From: Amoeboaphelidium protococcarum X5
Taxonomy: Eukaryota; Fungi; Aphelidiomycota
Length of the DNA: 64,000 bases
Direction of reading: 5' to 3'
Assembly (NCBI GenBank): GCA_023515725.1
Contig: JALDTO010000074.1
Location: 1 to 64,000 of the forward strand
Position 1 is the first letter of the stretch. Every line of letters starts with the position of its first letter. Positions 26,517-39,466 of the stretch are shown piece after piece. A program made the position numbers and the translations under genes. Below the pieces are notes generated by a model. It had not been told where the DNA came from. It saw only the letters and a program-made list of their open reading frames with translations, and ran no database searches.

Positions 26517-27028
26517 GATGTCCTTCATACTATATACTTATCTGCATGGATATGTTTCATTTTCGTTCACTCAATTACATATATGTTCATCATATTTAGA
26601 CCATTCTTCAAATCTTATAGTCTAGAGCGCATCGTGCTAGTGATTTCTATTGTCCAATCGAGACGCGCCGGACTCACTTTTAAACGTGATAAACACCTCA
26701 GTCTTACTTCTAACACTTTGCAGTCAAGAATTTTCAACGTTCATCGCGTTATAACCGTACAACTAACTATGGTTTTATATAATAGCGTCAAGATTATTCT
26801 GGGTTCAAGGTAAGAAATAAGCTGATTGGATTAATTTCGAAATCAACCAATCAGACAATCATCGATCGTCTTGGGTCCAATCAGCCAGCATCATTGATTA
26901 GATACTGTCTTATTACTGATGGACTTTAACGAACTTAAACTTTCTTTTCTTTAAATTATCTCTGTTTCACAATATCTCAAGTGTTGATATTTAATTGCAG
27001 TCTTTAGATAAATAGAATACATACATAC

Positions 27029-28216
27029 ATGGTTAAACGCTTGTAAGTTCAGTTGGCAGTCGTTTCAACTTGCTCTCTCCTGCTCGGTGTCGCTGTGGGC
27101 TTTGATTACTCTGGCGACGGTACCTTCTACTAGCCTAACAATGGCTTTGGCAGTTGTGGATAGCGCTTGTAAAACAGCGATAAGATTTGCGCGCTGTCTT
27201 TTGCTCACACTGATAAGATTGGCTGCGGTAAATGTGTTGAGGTGAAAGGTCCCAAGGGGTCGATCGTGGTGAAAGTGATGGACAAGTGCGCCGGCTGTAA
27301 GGATGGTGATATCGACTTATCCTAGTCTGCCTTCGAGATGATTGCTGACAAGGCTGTTGGCAGATTGAAAATGCAGTGGAGAGTTGTCGATTGTGCTTCC
27401 GGTGGAATGCCATAGCAGTCCAGTGATATGAAGTAGGTGGCGGGTGGGTTGGCGGCTCGAAACACGATGTAGACCACTGACGCGCCTGCTGGAGACGGTG
27501 GCATGTGCAGCTAATCCTCTCCATGTGCCAACAATGAATGTTGCTCTTAATATGGTTACTGCGGTACTACTGCTGAATATTGTGGAGCTGGTTGTTTGGG
27601 TGGCCCATGCTTGCAGTCTGGCAATGGAAATGCTCCATCTGATGTCAAATCCTCTACGATTTAAGTGAAAAGCGACTCATTGTTACCCAACAGTGGTCCA
27701 CAAGCTACCGCTGCAGTTGCTTCGAGTACACCTCTACCAGTTGTCAATGCTGTCAAGCAATCAACTTAGAGTGGGAGTTGCAAATCCACCTCTTCTTTCA
27801 GTGATTCAGGATCAACTGCCACTCAGTCACCCGATGTGAGCGTCAAGGCTGCAACCATCACCTAAGAGGAGTGCACTTGTTCATCACCTTCAGCATCTAG
27901 TTGCTCCCCTTAGATCAAATCATCATCCGCACTGAATGACATGGCTGCGCTACAAGCTGCATAGAAAGCCGTCGTTGGAAATGATCCAAATGCTGCCTTA
28001 CTGTCCGCAGTGAAGACTTTGTAGAGCAATGAAACTCGAGACTATCTAAACGAGAATTAGAAAGATTTAGAAACTCTCTTTGGACAGGTAATTGCCCAAT
28101 TCGGTACCAACTACACTGGACTTGACGTTTCAAGCTCGTAGTTATCCATAGAGCCTCTTCATATTGGATCATTGATGCTGTTGATAGTTCTAAGTTACGC
28201 TTTCTTGCTAGTCTGA
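27029..28216 (+). CDS. GPI-anchored DPBB (RlpA-like/expansin-like) + CBM18 chitin-binding protein, 395 aa
   Basis: Signal peptide; YSGDGTFY..GFGSCG..CGKCVEVKGPKGSIVVKVMDKCAGCKDGDIDLSQSAF; hevein-like [29 protein letters not shown]; S/T-rich stalk; hydrophobic C-terminus SLMLLIVLSYAFLLV. Confidence 0.9.
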
Positions 28217-28698
28217 TGATTACTCGATGATTTTGAAAGATGTAATAGTGATGTAAAAAATTTATAAAGATCATAATTAACAGAATATTTATTTACTGCG
28301 GCTTTTACTTTCAAGTGCGACTCGCTTAAAGCGCAATTTGAATTACTATACGCAAGCACCCTGCGATCCGAGACTAACGCGTCAAACTCGGAGATTTATA
28401 AGATGGTAATGCTCATAGGCTCACGGCGGACGAACATTTTGAACTGCCAGAGCCACCATCTTACTTAGTGTAAATTTTTAATCATTTGAGCGCAATATAG
28501 CCAAGATTGTGATACGGTATCGATATATTACACAGCCAATCACACACGATTTAATATCGAATCTGGTCAATCGCCAAGTCCCGGATTGTTACACCAATTT
28601 GTTACAATACGACTATGGCTTTTGTGCTACCTTTCTTCTTTGTAAGTTATTTTAAAAAGTAAGTACTGTCTAATTCTACGTTATTTATATCATTTGCG

Positions 28699-30810
28699 AT
28701 GTTCAAAGTCAGTTCAATATCATTAACTGTATAAGCCTGTCTGCTTGCTGGAGGCAATGCCTTGTCAATGATGCCACCCAAGACTGAATAGGGTATTGCT
28801 ACTCACTCCAATCCTAACGGGCGACCTGGAAGCTGTGGCCAGATGCTGGACAATAATCAAATGCTCGTTTCCCTCTCTACTGCTTACAACGCGACCATGG
28901 GCTGTAACTAGTGCATTCGTATTTAAGGACCAAAGGGTGACGTGATTGCAAAAGTGCTGGATCAGTGCTCTGGCTGCAAGCAGACCGATGTCCTGCTGAC
29001 TGACTCGGCTTTTGGTAAAATTGCTGACATGAATGTTGTGTCGGCGAATATCTCGTGGATGGCTGCACCCTGCAATGGAATGGGTGGTGGAGGTGGCAGC
29101 ACCGTTCCTCCTTCTCCTCAGCAGACACCTACTCCCAAATCTCCTTATTAGCCACCGGGCTAAGGCGATGACAAAGACAAGGACAAAGACTGCCATACCA
29201 GTAATGGCCGCAGACACTGTCATAAAAAGGATGACAAGGACAACAATGGTAAGAAAACATGTGACAAGAAGTGTGGTGGCCGCAAGTCTGATAGTGACAA
29301 GACGCGTTGTCGTCAAAGCTGTTCTGGCAATGATGACAAGAAGCCAGGTAATAAAGCTTCTTAAATGCCTTCTGTACCTGTACCTACTCCTATGCCTTAA
29401 CCTATGCCTGTCCCCGCGTCCACATCCAAAGTTGCACTTCCATCCCTTCCTGTACTGGCGCCAACATCCACATCTACAATCATGTCCACACCTACGCCTG
29501 CACTGGGTTAGAATGGTGAGGATGATGATGATGACGACGACGAGGTGAAAAGTGATACTGATGAGAAGGATGAAAAGTGTAAAGGCAAGTGTGATGATAA
29601 GCCAAAGGGTGATAATGCCAAGAAGAGCTGTAAGGACAAGTGTGGTAATGCAAAGGATGAGAATCAGAAGCGTTGTCTTAATAAATGTCGTGAAATGAAT
29701 CCTGGCAAGTCTAGAAATGTAACCGCTCCTGGAGGTAAGAACTGCACTTCATGCAAAAGAACTAAGAGCACTCGTAAGCCGGAAAACAATTTCAACATGA
29801 ATGACCTGATAAATAGTTTGAAGGATCTGGCATCTAAGCCTGCTAATAACGCTACTGTCAATGGCTCTACTCCTGAGAATAAAGCGACTATCGATGGTTC
29901 CGCTCCTGGTAATAACGCAACAAGTGATGGTTCTGCACCTGGTGGAGGTGATTACACTTGCAGCGCGTCGAAGAAATGTCCTGAGAGTAACCACTGTTGC
30001 TCAAAGTATGGTTTCTGCGGTACTTCATTGGACCACTGTGGTTTTGGCTGTACTGGAGGCGCGTGCCTTTCTGGCTTTGACAATGCAACTTAGCCTAATG
30101 CTCCAACTTATGGTAGTACCGGAAGTGGAAGCACCCCTGGTGGCAGCTCAGGCCCTTCTGATAGTGGCAATAGCAGCGGTGGTCCAAGCTACGGATCTAG
30201 CCTACCTGTTAATAACAGTAATAGTGGTCCAAGCTACGGATCCAGTTTACCTGGCAATAATAACAACAGCGGTGGCTATGGATCTAGTCTACCTGCCAAT
30301 AGTGGTAACAATGGCTCAGGCTATGGATCCTCCCTTCCTGCGAATGGCACTACTGGAGCAACAGCTGCTAATTGTCCGACGGGCGGTAAGCCAGCCGGAT
30401 CTGTCAACGGATCTAACGCTGGTAATGGTTCATCTTATGGCGGTTCTATGCCAACCAATGGAACTTCTGGTTGTCCTATTATTGGCGGTTTTAATACTTC
30501 TGCCGGATGTCTTCCTCAACAGCTACCTAGTGGAAACTCTTCTACTCTGCTGTCTAGGACCAATTTAACCGCGTCGACCACCTTGCTATCTAATTCTAGC
30601 ACGACTGCAATTGTTCAGTCAACCACGACTACTGTAGTAAATTAGACTCCATATGTTCCTTTTTCGGACGTGTTACCACCAATTGGTGAAAGCGTTACAG
30701 AAAGCCGGTCAGAGACTGCATCCACGTCGGCTGCTTCTGATGCTCCATCTACAATACTCTCTGCTGTATTAGGAATGATCGTGATCATTGCATAGTTTGT
30801 CATGGTCTGA
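28699..30810 (+). CDS. GPI-anchored degenerate DPBB + CX3C modules + CBM18 protein, 703 aa
   Basis: Signal peptide; PGSCG..CNQCIRIQGPKGDVIAKVLDQCSGCKQTDVLLTDSAF; charged Cys-rich blocks; CPESNHCCSKYGFCGTSLDHCGFGCTGGAC; G/S/N repeats; hydrophobic tail ILSAVLGMIVIIAQFVMV. Confidence 0.85.
30181..30345 (+). repeat. Four imperfect coding repeats of (S/G)YGSSLPxN
   Basis: GPSYGSSLPVNNSNS / GPSYGSSLPGNNNNSG / GYGSSLPANSGNNGS / GYGSSLPAN; DNA unit ggtccaagctacggatc repeated. Confidence 0.85.
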
Positions 30811-31165
30811 TTTGCGAATAAAGTTCGTGTTTATAAATGTAATATATTAATAAAGGAATCTAATGCACTTGTTAGTATTTAAGTTGATTACCTTAGTTTC
30901 AATACCTATTTTTGTACCTTATTGCGTTCTGATTTATATGACACTTAACAGAACTGTGTAAAGTTGTTGTCAATCAGCAGCCCCAACGCGCGCGCTCTCT
31001 GTCAATCAGTCATTCGCTTTCAATCTCCCCCATTCAGAAGATTGTCGATCCTTCTTCTCCGCTCAGCTCAAACAGGACAAAAGTTCCTTTTCTGTTTCTC
31101 TTTCGCGCGCTCATTCTATTGTCGATCTACCAGTGGATAATATTCTGTCTAATATTTCTCTATTG

Positions 31166-33706
31166 ATGTACTCTGAAATTAGTTCGACATCAGGCACTAC
31201 CTGTGATAATGATAGTGATGGGAATGATATGGTATTGCCAGAACTTGATATTGGATTGGAGGATCTAAGTATTGATACGTAATACCACCACTAGCATCAG
31301 TAATAGTATAAGTCACCTTGTTTCAGTCCTGTATCGACGGACGCAGCTGATCATCTTTATTAGAGTGAATCTCTGCACAGATGGATTATTGGAATAGCTG
31401 TGTTGAACTTTGACTTGGAGATTGGTTAGGTTATTGAATAGCTCTATCCTTCTGGTACTCAGCTGGACAAGGTTGCTACTTCTAATATCTAGTATGCATC
31501 ATTCCCGGACACTTCATCTGCTCTAGGTGACTCTGTATTTAGCTTTAGAGTGAGATAGGAGGATGGTACTTTTATTCATGGTTATGTAATGTTCAGACGC
31601 GAACGTAACTCTTAGATCAGGAGGGGATACATGTAAAAATCCATCACAGTTCTGTCTCATCTTCCATATCCTGGCTTATTCTTAAGAGTGGTATCTATAC
31701 TTGGGCCATTGTATTTTGATCAATTATCGCCTTAAAATGATTATTAGGTATAAGGAAATCTTAATTTAAGTAGTAATAATCACAATATAATAGAGTAAGC
31801 CTGCTTATAGATTGCCTTGTGGCCTCAGCCTCGATTTAATGACATTCTAGAGTTGCCATTCTTTAATGTTCGAATGCAAGTAGAATTGACACCTGTTGAC
31901 TCTTCTACCCAGCTATTGGAAACTAGTTCCTTTGTTAAAATGTAAAAGATTTAAAGTCCTCAGTATATGAAATCTAATCTTAATGGCAGTAATGGATTAA
32001 ATGTCCCGTCAATTACAGAGTAAATCATCGGTGGAATCCCATCGACATTAATATATCCATCCGGATTCTTATTCCATTCCGAAAGTGATAATCTCATTAC
32101 TCATAGGGATGTGTAGTCAAGATATCCTTCTGGATCTTCCTTTGGCCTTTATACTCTATTTAAGAATAACATGTCAGATCTGTACACATTATGGGAGCTT
32201 GTACTCCTTGAGTAGCCAATTTGTGTGATGAGTGAATGTGGCCAGTCTATAGTTAGTGAGACGGTATGGTATCTGCAATCTCTAATCAGCCCAATAGTGT
32301 ATAAGGGCGAATATCATCCGTATCTCACCATTCAAGACTCTGATTTTGCATCTTTGAATAGAATGTTCTCTAAAGACAATATGTAAATGAAATCTAAAGC
32401 ATCCGCTGATTCTTAGGTGTAACCTAGTGATGTAGCATAAAGTGGAGTAATTCTGGGAGTAACTAATCCATTCTTTCGTAAAGCTTTCAGCACATGGCCC
32501 CATATTCTTCATCTGGTGTACAATAAATAATAAGACATAGATAGTTCATTACGTGTAAATGAGCCTGGAGTAGTAAAGTCCAAATCATATGGTAACATAA
32601 AGTCGGCTCAGCAGTAATAATAAAAGTTTTCTTCAGATTCACTGAGTAAGCTGGTGAGAAGTGCCAGTCCCACCGCTTTGTTTAGACCTGGAAGTCCTGC
32701 GGGCATAAGAACTTCATAATCTTAAAGTAAAGCTAGAAAGCCTCAGGTATCTGAACTCAAATCGTTATATAAGCCCGCTCTGAGGCCAGATAAAAAGTTT
32801 GTCTTTGCAATGTAGAATTTGAAGATTGACAACATGCAGGCATAAGCTTAAGTGTCTTCATCTGGTCATTAAAACGGACACAGTCATAAAACTGATAGTA
32901 GCAGTAATAGTAATAGGAAGAAGTATAAAGGATACGTTCTAAATGAGACTGTACGAAGACATTTTGTAGATCTCACTGAGCGATTTCTGGGCCCATTGAA
33001 TAGGTACATTCTTACATAGTTGACACCGAAAATCCGCTAGTTTAACATTGATGGGGAGTTGATTGATGGTTCGCATTAATAGTAGTTATAAGTAAATGGG
33101 AAAGTATTGGTATATTCTGTGCTAATCAAAGAGAAGGATTTCAAGTTGTAGAATTTTGATAATGATGCTTTTATTACGCACTTGGTCACTAATGAGCCAC
33201 CGCAGCTGTAGTTTGCAAAGACTTCCTTCCTTTAATCTGGCAGTTTGAAATCTCTAACAAAATTATCTCAATAGCAACCGCCATAGTCATCTAGTTAATC
33301 ATCATCACCCTTGTCTAAACCATTTGAATTCCGTCATCCTCCGTGGGTTTGTCTTTATATTAAATTCATTCAGACAAAGAACTTTGAATGCTGGCTGAAT
33401 TAAAAGAGACTCACGATAGAGTAGGAGTTACTGACAAGGAATGCAGAGAAGCTGATTAGTATTCTTGACCAAGACGTATCTGGTAAACATCCAAGCACTG
33501 TATTTAGTCTTCTCGTTGCCGCTAAGAGCTTACTTGCAATGATGAAATATGATCTTACGCCAGATCTACTTCGGCATGGAGAATTCCTGGAAGAGTAGCC
33601 TCTACAACACAGTGATGACTCTTTGCATCAAGGTCATCGCAGTGATTACTTGATTGTGGAGTTGAAAAAGAGGGCCCTGTATATTTGGAACAATCTGTTG
33701 AATGAT
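31166..33706 (+). CDS. DENND6: DENND6-like Rab GEF, 846 aa
   Basis: RWIIGIAVLNFDLEIGQVIE, SFPD, GYVMFRR..IRRGYMQKSI, LWELVLLEQP, YHPYLTIQDSD, ILGVTNPFFVK, RRHFVDLTERFLGPLNRY; conserved Gln at TAG 31427 and TAA 31634. Confidence 0.9.
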
Positions 33707-33870
33707 GATGCATACCGTGACCTTATTATCACCGGTCAATTGTGAATGATGAACGTTTAAAATCATTGTACATAATAACATTCGCATAAAAGTCAATAGT
33801 TTCATTTCCATTACAAGTAATCATATAGTATCCTCGTAAGAGAGATAGTTATATACTGCAGATCAATCCA

Positions 33871-36840
33871 TCAACCAATACAGTCGCAAATCATTTGAGA
33901 GACATCTTCACGCTGACTGCGAACAGCCACTTCAACAGTGACACCACCGGCAACACAAGCCATTCTCATACGACAAAGAGCCTTCACTCCGCCAATAACC
34001 AAACCGCTTAGCATCAGCGCATGACTAGTGATGGTTTGCAATGGCTTGTTAGGTAACTGATAAGAATTCTCTGCGGCAGACCAAACATTACCAACATTAC
34101 CAAGAACTGATTCCAGTTTTTCAATGGCATCCTTGATATTAGTGACTTCAGCAGGCAGTTGCAAAGTTTCCACAATCTCATTAGCCAGCTTGTCCCAGGA
34201 TGAGGTGAAATTAGGCTCATAAGATGGCACAATGTAGTCTTCAATTCCAATCTCAAAAGCATCCACCTAGTACGTGTCATCATAACCTTGTGGATCAGGG
34301 ATTCCAGTCTCAGGATCAACATCCTTAGTGATAAAGGACAACGTGACGCCAAAAGATCCCGTGGCAAACGTGTTCTAACCTCCATTCTTCTTGTACACGA
34401 CAAAGACACTACCAGGCTCACCGTACTTCAACTGCGGCAAATTGATCACGCCATACAAAGTCAGCATCTACAAAACATCCTCATCTTCCGGCTCAATCTA
34501 GGCACTCACATTCTCCAACATAACATCCTCCAGAGTATTGGTGCACAGTAACTGAACAACAAAAAAGTCTCTAAAATTATGCTTCACCACCTTGACCACA
34601 TACTCGGCCACATCCACGTCCGTGATGGCAATCTACGGACTACTTCTAAACAGCGGACCGAATTGCGCAAACTCTTTCATTCCCTCAACCGCGGAGTCCT
34701 TCAACGACTTGGACTGACCAGACAAGTCACCACCCAAACCACCTCCGTTCACCGGAGCCTCTGCACCAGCCATAAATCCCTGCCCACCAGATAACATTGA
34801 TGGAATGCCCAACTCCAACTGGCTACCTCTAATTGTCTTTAGACGCTCATTCTCTTCTGCAGCGCGCGTCGTTAATGGAACATCTTTGATATCAAATGGC
34901 TTGGTGTGCAACTCCACGCTATTAACATAAGCAGTTAATTGACTCTCCAGCACATCCATGGCAAATGTGCTGTCATCCAACAGAAATTCCGCAGTCAGAT
35001 CAATTCCTTCATCACTGACAGTGTCAACATCACGGTCAGACAACATATCGATATAGAAGACGGCTCTATCACGCACTTCATCATCCGGATCTTCAAGGCA
35101 TCTCTCCAACAGAACCATAATCTGAGGCTTCAACTCAGGCAATTGGGCGGCAAACTTTGCCAGAGATGCTACAGCAGCAGCTCTAACAGGGGCAACTTCC
35201 AAAATAGTGCGATTATAAATGTGTCTAATATACTTGGATGGATTCAACATCTTTGGGCCTTCCTCACCCAGCAAGTGGAGTATACGTACAGCCAGACGCG
35301 TAAACTCGCAATCTTCAATAAACTCACATAGGTGTGCCAGAGCAGAGTCCTTCACATCAGGCACAGTTCTGATAAAGTCAAACAATCCCTCAACAACAAC
35401 ACGCTTAAACTCATAGCCACCTTCATCACGCAGAGCATTACTCAAGAAACGCAGCATCACCTGATTCTTTGATGGAAACTTGAATGCCAGAGCACGAATA
35501 GCTTCCACAACCAACACTTTGAACTCATCAGAAATCTCAGCAATGAACGACTGAAGCAACTTCAATAATCTATCCACAGAACTTTCATTGCCAGTCTTGA
35601 GCAGAGTAGTGATGGCCAGAGTAGCAATACTTCTATTAGGATCGGTGATCAGATTCTCCAGATCAACATTGCAACTGGCCACAGCTGATGGAAATCTGGC
35701 GGCAATCTTATTCAACGTTCTTATGGCCGAGAATCTCAATGGAGCTTTGGCACTGTTCAGAGACAGTTGCAGTACATTCACCACAGGAAATAGCTCCTTA
35801 ACACTTACACCTTTCATGGAGAATATCACACGAGCAGCTTCCAGATTAACAACTTCGTGGCGATGTCTCAGGCATCCTTCAAGCACATCATACAATTACT
35901 TCACATTAGATCCGGGTAACTAATTCTCAAGACCACCCTCATCTTCAATCACACGTCCGATATAACGGATCAACATCACCCACGCCTGAGGACTGCGCAC
36001 CTATCCACTTCTGATCAACTGCTGAACAATCTTTAAAATGGCAATCTTGTCGTTGGAACGCAACTAATACAACAAGCCCAATCCATGATATTGCACAAGT
36101 CCACTTGGTTTATTCAAAGCATCCTGAACTTCATTCGTCCATCTCTTCACCAGGTCCCTGCCGGCATTCATACTGGATCTCTACTACTGTTACTACTACT
36201 ACTATTAATCCTATTGCTAATTAGGGGCAACATAAGATGACTACAGCACAGAAGGACTCAGCAAGTGAATAGAACTCACAATCGCTCCACTAACCAAAGT
36301 CAAATCTCTATCCACCACGGCCTGCTTCAGAAATCTCTCCAGTCCACCTGCGGTAGAGCCAATATCTCCTGAACACACAACTCTTACCAGAGCACGCAGA
36401 GCACAACTTTTCAGACCAAGTTCGGATGCATTCTTATCAGACAAGTCCTTGTTTAAAGAACTCGTCACCATCAATATAGTGTCTGGAGATGAGATCAAGG
36501 CCAGTTCCTTCACAATCAGGTAAGTCAATCTTCTCAGAAGTACATCCTTACTCTGGAACAAGCGTGTAGTCTAGAAGAAGAGCTGAGTCGACTCGTTCTC
36601 ATTCAGATGCTCACCCTAGTACAGCAGGTACAGCACCTTGGACAGGGTAGCTGCACATCTCCCAGCTTTAATTGGAGTTTCATAGAATATTCTAGCCTCC
36701 TGCAGCACGGCAGCCTTGTCAATTTTACTAAAAGTTTACGAAATGTCTACACACAATCAACTTAGAACTAGTAATTAGTAGTAAATGGAAATGAAATACG
36801 GTATACTATTATTACCCTGTTCGTCGTGCTTCTTGTCCAT
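33871..36840 (-). CDS. SEC21: Coatomer subunit gamma, 966 aa, intron 36747-36815
   Basis: [60 protein letters not shown], appendage [20 protein letters not shown]. Confidence 0.97.
36181..36219 (-). repeat. Poly-Gln tract inside gamma-COP encoded by mixed TAG/TAA/CAA/CAG
   Basis: Minus strand: TAG CAA TAG GAT TAA TAG TAG TAG TAG TAA CAG TAG TAG, in frame between conserved SSIHLL and [13 protein letters not shown]. Confidence 0.9.
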
Positions 36841-37318
36841 GTACTTGAAATTTAACTACTTGTCAATTTTACTGCACTGTATGAGCTTCAACCCGAATGA
36901 TAGCGGAGCAGTTTAGTTCAGTCAGCGGAGAGGAGAAAGAAGAGAAGCGAAGAGAAACAGACGCGAGTCCGATCGAAGATGAGAAAGGCAGACAGACAGA
37001 CAGTGACAATTAGTGAGTAAAGAGTAAAGGAGTGCTTCAAATCGCTAGTGCTTAAAAAATCTTGCAATCTCCTAAATAGCGGGTACGACTAAGAGATTTA
37101 ATTGTATTGCGGTTTGCACGTATTTTGTGAGACACCATGTTGATAAACGATCTATCGAATAAGTCTTATGTTTACGAGACGGAGAGAGAGACCTCTATAA
37201 TAATAAAGATTAGGGTACTAATACTCCAACAATTCAATTCAATACTATATTTATCATTATTATCACCAATAACACACCAACAGCCGCGGGTATATATACT
37301 CATGATCACAAGAGATCA

Positions 37319-39466
37319 TCAGAAAGCCAGCGAGAGTAAATCGTCAATATTACTACTGGTATTCTACTTAATTAGCTAGCTACTGTTGCCACCACCCTGA
37401 AAACTACCACCTTATTACTAAGATTGGGAGGATGAATTAACAGGTGAAGAGGATGTGGACGCGGTAGATACAGCAGCGGTTGGCTTAATTGAAACCTGAG
37501 GCAGAGGTACAACAACGTGTTCCAATAGTAAAGCCTTTGCCTAATCTGGAATCTACACTCCGTTTCTGCCCAGAATACTCAAATACTCGCAACTTCTACT
37601 CTACACTTCCAGGGCAACCTTATTCACATAACGTCCCATCAGTGATTTTACACGCTCAACTGAAGCGGCAGAATTACCACAGCGATTAGTAAACTTGAGC
37701 AGAGCAGTCAACGAGTACTCGATAATCACATTGTTGCAATACGGACTCTCCAGCACAGACTGCAAGAAATTCAGTACATCATTCTCTGACACATTCTAAG
37801 CTTGTACTTGCCCGGAGTAGTTGACTTGAGCACTCTGAGGTGGAGAAGTGCTATAAGCATCCTCACCTTCATTAGAATCCAGTGCAAACTTGACCTTACC
37901 TCCATCCTTCAATAGAATCTCACCATACTCTCCGATGCACCATACAACGGCAATAACAAGTCCCTCCTAAGACAGGTCATTCTTACAGAGCCAGAACAAC
38001 TTTTAGACGACATAAGAACGCAGCATTTCCCCTTCACTCGGATCAGATGCATTGGCATTCAACGGAGCATTAGGATTTGTCAAATTTCCAACAACTTTAA
38101 TAAAATTGGACAATACATCGCTACCACCCAAATAATTACCAGCCAATTTGAGAACACGCAGCACCGTATCCAAAAACCATCGTCTATTCGGAGCATACTA
38201 CTCAGCCACCGCGCAGATTCGAGCAGGCATCCATTGCTTGAACTCTGCGTCAGTCGTAGGCAGTTCCAAGAATAACAACAACTCACGCACCAATAAACGC
38301 ACATTAGACTGAGTGACCAACTTGAACGAGAGATTCAGAGCACGTCTACGAATAGAAATGTCATTATCATGCAGACACTCCAGCACAGTTGTGCGATGAC
38401 GCTGAATGGCATTAGTCGTTTCCTGCACCGACTAAGCATTACTATACTCTGTAGCCTCATTCAGTGTGTTCAAGGCAACATATCGCACATTATTATCAGT
38501 GTTACCCAAGAATTTGCCAAACATATTGATAGCAAGCGTTCTCAGACTAGTGTCGCAATCAATATTCATGATGGTTAGACAGCACTCATATAGAATACTA
38601 TTGCCGACATTTTTATTACCATCAGTGTTGGTGGCAATCTGAGCCAAGACATCGTTCATACTATCAGAAGCCGCCCTATCACCCTTGCCCAGAGTGCGCA
38701 ACAATCTCAGGATCATCACCTACAGAAATGGATCATTGATACCGCCGACGTCATGCTCAGCTGCACCACCGGCAGAACTCATAAGAGATTTCAAGTGGCG
38801 ACACAGTATTGGAATCTGGCCACGTACATCTCTGAGAATGTTATCTGAACAGCCGGCCAATGTGATACATAAAGTCACTGAAGTCAACAGGACGGCATGG
38901 TTTTTCTCATTCAACAGATGCTTGGCTTTAACAACAAACTGATCAGCCAAATCTGGCACCTTCTTCACCACTTTGACTGCACACAGAATAGCCTTCTTCT
39001 TGATATAAGAATTACTGCTGGACATTAGCCTCTCAACCTCTGGTGCCAAATCACGAGACATTTCACTGCTAGCAATATTACCAAATGTGGCCAGAGCCAG
39101 ACCAACAGTGAACATATTCGGACTGTTCATGTCATTCTTGAGAGAATTAGTCACCAAAGTCAGCACTTCCTAACTCTCATCCAGGAGCAACATTATGCCA
39201 AGATACCCCAACCGCTTATCAACATACTTGCCAGCTGCAACCAATTTCAAGCATTCAATCTAGCCATAATGAGTCGGATAGCCCAGCATGTGGATATACA
39301 GCATCTTGGCAATGTTATTATGCCGGACTTCTAATGGAGCAGTAGTATCCTCCTTCAGAGAAGTTCTAATAGCTGCAGACTCTTTGGCAATCACAGCTCT
39401 CTCATCAGCCTGAGTCTTACAGGAGCGAATCTATCTAATAAAATCTTTCAATCTCAGAATTCCCAT
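37319..39466 (-). CDS. APL4: AP-1 complex gamma subunit, 715 aa, lacking the C-terminal ear
   Basis: [90 protein letters not shown]; ends [12 protein letters not shown]. Confidence 0.95.

Noticed and set aside
30181-30345. Repeat-spacer pattern resembling a CRISPR array
   Set aside because: Imperfect in-frame coding repeats in a eukaryotic gene; no cas genes.
28765-30568. Long alternative-frame ORFs (28765..29316, 29033..29548, 29861..30568)
   Set aside because: Off-frame or antisense readings of the low-complexity DPBB-CBM18 gene.
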